Made by a program: the position numbers and the translations under genes. DNA of 63,859 nt, the filler included, from Rhabdomonas costata (Eukaryota), in NCBI GenBank assembly GCA_019059605.1. It is 36 parts of 36 records of this genome, joined end to end, with 100 filler letters (N's around TTAATTAATTAA, not from the genome) between each part and the next. Parts side by side here need not be neighbours in the genome. Positions count along the whole stretch, not along the records: positions 60,416 to 62,083 come from JAHMHO010010836.1; positions 62,184 to 63,859 come from JAHMHO010010837.1; 34 more parts are not named here. One strand, written 5' to 3'. Positions 61,126-63,859 of the stretch are shown piece after piece. Below the pieces are notes generated by a model. It did not search any database. It saw only the letters and a list, made by a program, of their open reading frames with translations, and was not told the DNA's origin. Numbering within the stretch: the first letter of the stretch is position 1; every line of letters starts with the position of its first letter.

Positions 61126-61673
61126 ATGGATAAGCCTCAAGAGCAGCCGACAGAACGTGTTGAAGGCACTGCGGAACAAAGCGCACCCAAGGTGGTTGGG
61201 CGGGATTTTCTGGCATTTTTTCCATTCCAAGGGCTGCGAAAGCGGATTTTCCGTTTTCGACTTATTATCAATCGAAATTTGTTCTCATTTTATTGTGGAT
61301 CGCGATCAGTAGACCCATTTCCTGCGCATTCAAGGTGTTGCTAAGATATGGCTTGCAGGGTTAGGGGGGGGGGGGGCAGGTCGGATCAAATTAGAGACTC
61401 TTTTCCCCTCCCTTGGTGTTTAGCCGGAATGCTATGTCAGCGCTCCCAGTTTATCTTCTGGTGGTTTTCATGCCTTTGACGTCTTGGGTCTTTTCCAATT
61501 GGGGTTGCAGGAGGCGGTGGCGGAAGTGGTCAGCCCACCTGCGGGTGAAGAGATAGATCTCAGCGATGGGAAGGGATTGCTGATCAAGACAGTCACGACG
61601 GCGGGCACAGGGGACGATTGCCCTCCGATTGGTGCCGAGGTGACCATGCACTTCCTTGCCAAGATGGAAGACG
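61126..61673 (+). CDS. FKBP-type peptidyl-prolyl isomerase domain protein (FKBP62/FKBP4-like N-terminus), partial; exons 61126-61191 and 61511-61673
   Basis: MDKPQEQ...SAPK|EAVAEVVSPPAGEEIDLSDGKGLLIKTVTTAGTGDDCPPIGAEVTMHFLAKMEDG. Confidence 0.8.
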
Positions 61674-62717
61674 GTTTCTTTCTCGCAGTTCTTTCTCGGC
61701 TCTCCCCCAACTTTTTTCCTCTCACACTTCTTGCAAATATTTTCACTGATGTTCTGCCTTGAACATGAACAACTGACCCTTTCCTTGCTCTTCTCGAGGA
61801 CGCTGGATCGAATGTTGCCATTTCTTTGGCTTTTAGCCGAATCCTTGGAATTTTCCGCCATTTCTTCTTTACCCTTTTATTTACTCGCTGCATTGCTTGC
61901 TTTTTAGTACCCATTGTTCTGAAGAAGAAGGGACAATCTTATTTCTCCAAAACTATTGAGCTTCTCTCCCCAATCTCGTGTTTGTCTGGAAATGCCGTAC
62001 CGGCATTGCTGGTCACCGGCTCGATGCATTGCTTCCTTCATGATTTACTTTCTTCTTTGGCACCCCTCCCCTTCCCCCCCCACNNNNNNNNNNNNNNNNN
62101 NNNNNNNNNNNNNNNNNNNNNNNNNNNTTAATTAATTAANNNNNNNNNNNNNNNNNNNNNNNNNNNNNNNNNNNNNNNNNNNNTCTCTTTGGCTTGCGTA
62201 CAGAAACCGCTAGAATACCAATAATTAAGGACGCATTGTTACATTCGATCGAACGACGGAACAAACTCCACTTATGCTGAGCCCTGACGATGCCGCCGAC
62301 TTGCGGTCAGTTTGGTAAGGCGGGTCGGATGTCTGCTGCTCGTCACTCACCGGCCTTTTTACATTCGCTATTTGGAATTTCGCGCTTCAGGGCTTCAGCC
62401 CTGAAGCTCCAGCAGAATCCAGCTTGGGAATTCGCCCACGATAAAAACATTGTCTATGAAAGTATGCAGTACGTAGTAAACCTCCCATTGGGTTTGGGCA
62501 ATGACGCCAAAACAGGCAACCTATTATTGGTGGTGATTTGTCCCCTTTGAGCCATCAACAACCTGGAAGTGCGTGCGGGGTGCGGGCGTCTGAAAAGGTA
62601 TCCCCTGAGGGCCTTCACCCGAAAAGAGTCCTCTCAGTGCACCGAAGTGCGAGGGTGGAGAGACGAGAGGCGGTAATAAGCAGCAGCAGGATGAGCGCCC
62701 AAAGCAAAGCATCCTAC

Positions 62718-62935
62718 CGGGGAAGTGCTGCCGAAAACGAAAGTGGTCAGCCTCAGGGCTTCCACGGGGGCATTGAGCTTGGAGTAGGCGGAGTACAGGG
62801 GGTCTCGGACAAGGGTCAGGTTGATCACCGGCGGGGTGCCGGGCAGGAAGTTCACCAGCACGTTTGCAGTGGCATTGCGGCCGTACCGGAAGAAGGTGAC
62901 CACAAACTTGTAGGCACCCACGGGGAAGTAGTCCG
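62718..62935 (-). CDS. REJ/PKD-like domain exon (polycystin-type extracellular region)
   Basis: DYFPVGAYKFVVTFFRYGRNATANVLVNFLPGTPPVINLT...SKLNAPVEALRL fits the REJ pattern G.Y.F.V.V...GR...A.V.V...G.PP.V...K.N...L.L. GTGCAG acceptor, CCG|GTAGGA donor. Confidence 0.65.
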
Positions 62936-63859
62936 CTGCACAGGGACACACACACCAGGTGAACAATGTGTAATCACTTGTATCTGTATCTGTGTCTGTG
63001 TCTGGGTCGGTGGGTGGGCGGGCGGTGCGCGCACAGTTGACGTGAGTGACTTGTCTGCACCGCGCCTGATGCGTCTGAACAGTGAGATGCCCGAGCTGCC
63101 TGTGTCCTCGAACCCTCTCCATTTGTTCATTATCTCCCGCTGTTCGCAAGGTTGTTTACCCGGGCATTTGTTTCTCCTTCGGGAACAGGTTATCAGACCT
63201 AAGGGGGGGAGGGGGGATGCATGATCCCCCTCTGCGTCATCAGGAATTAGGCATTGTTTTGTCGCTCCCTCTCCAAAGAACCAGCGTTCCATGAGGAGGG
63301 AGCGACATCTTGGCGTGGACATTGGGGGAGTCACGAAACATACGGAAACCGCAAACCGAAAGCGGTTGAGAACGGATGTAACCGCGAAGGACTAAGCACG
63401 AAACACAGTTGAGGGGAAAAGGCCATGGAAAATCATAACAAAAGGACAAATTCTTCAGGCGCACAACCAGCAAAGAATGAAGGCGGGGTTTCCGTCCTGA
63501 CTGGAACATATATAGGTAACTGAGTGAGAGAGCAACAAGAAACAGCCAGGCAGACATGAAGCAGCAAGCACAGCGTTGCAAGCACATTGTAGGGGGCATA
63601 AACCCCATACACCTCGTTCCAAACGCTCGCGCCCCTCTCGACCAACCCACAACGACACGAGCCACAGGAACGCCCAACGATAGGGAAAGATTCAGGCTGG
63701 GATCAGAACAATCAAAGACTGGCCAATCCAACGAGAACGCTGGACATCGCTCGAGGAAGCGACCATACACAAATGCACGCGCACATACACACACGACGCT
63801 CGCATAGAAGCGAGGCGAAGGAAACCGAACCCCCCCCTTTCCCTTCCCTCAAAAAACCC

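Larger units (their letters stand above)
1679..62183. other. 35 artificial contig linkers (N44-TTAATTAATTAA-N44, 100 nt each; first 1679-1778, last 62084-62183) separating 36 contigs
   Basis: An identical linker recurs about every 1777 nt. TTAATTAATTAA gives stop codons in all six frames. Contig lengths are nearly constant (1668-1678 nt). Confidence 0.99.

Noticed and set aside
1723..62139. Regularly spaced TTAATTAATTAA as a CRISPR repeat or regulatory element
   Set aside because: It is always embedded in N44 runs and is an artificial six-frame-stop linker. No cas genes or short spacers are present.
1779..62935. Euglenid non-conventional (non GT-AG, stem-forming) introns
   Set aside because: Every junction I could rebuild in conserved genes fitted GT-AG. 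Others may exist but cannot be shown without transcripts.
365..63807. Most ORFs in the supplied six-frame track
   Set aside because: They are short, overlapping, often antisense to real exons, run through introns or N-linkers, and lack motifs.
1..63859. An operon-like or multi-gene novel system made of the neighbouring enzymes
   Set aside because: The genes lie on separate contigs ordered by length, so adjacency carries no information.
1..63859. tRNA, rRNA or snRNA genes
   Set aside because: None were recognised by eye. A covariance-model search would be needed to exclude them.

Overview
This window is not a contiguous locus. It is a pseudo-scaffold of 36 unrelated contigs of about 1.67-1.68 kb, apparently length-sorted, joined by 35 identical 100-nt linkers (N44-TTAATTAATTAA-N44), so gene neighbourhood cannot be read across linkers. 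Contig ends carry G/T-only or A/C-only tails, two near-complete copies of the GenomePlex-type whole-genome-amplification primer, and four fold-back palindromes. The DNA is from an intron-rich eukaryote using the standard code. It is most likely a euglenozoan (euglenid or diplonemid; inference), because GT donors mostly have a pyrimidine at +4, polypyrimidine-AG sites lie just upstream of start codons, and it has an MRB1590-like ABC-ATPase, CRE-like retroelement relics and cyclase-linker paralogues. Most ORFs in the supplied track are spurious, and real genes had to be rebuilt from GT-AG exons. Gene fragments recognised: PbH1 beta-helix protein, ABC-class ATPase, ACSBG-like acyl-CoA ligase, prokaryote-type PGI/PMI (SIS), MOCS3/UBA4, glycine cleavage T, USP-like protease, NodU/CmcH carbamoyltransferase-like protein, hemerythrin-domain membrane protein, degenerate 5'-nucleotidase-like domain, FKBP, zf-MYND, REJ, RRM-like and PPR-like proteins, plus Tc1/mariner and CRE-like relics. 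No multi-gene novel system can be supported. The best leads are single genes: the intron-containing prokaryote-type PGI/PMI, the carbamoyltransferase with a possible signal peptide, the hemerythrin-TM protein and the intronless USP-like ORF. All family assignments are by eye from motifs, not from database searches.
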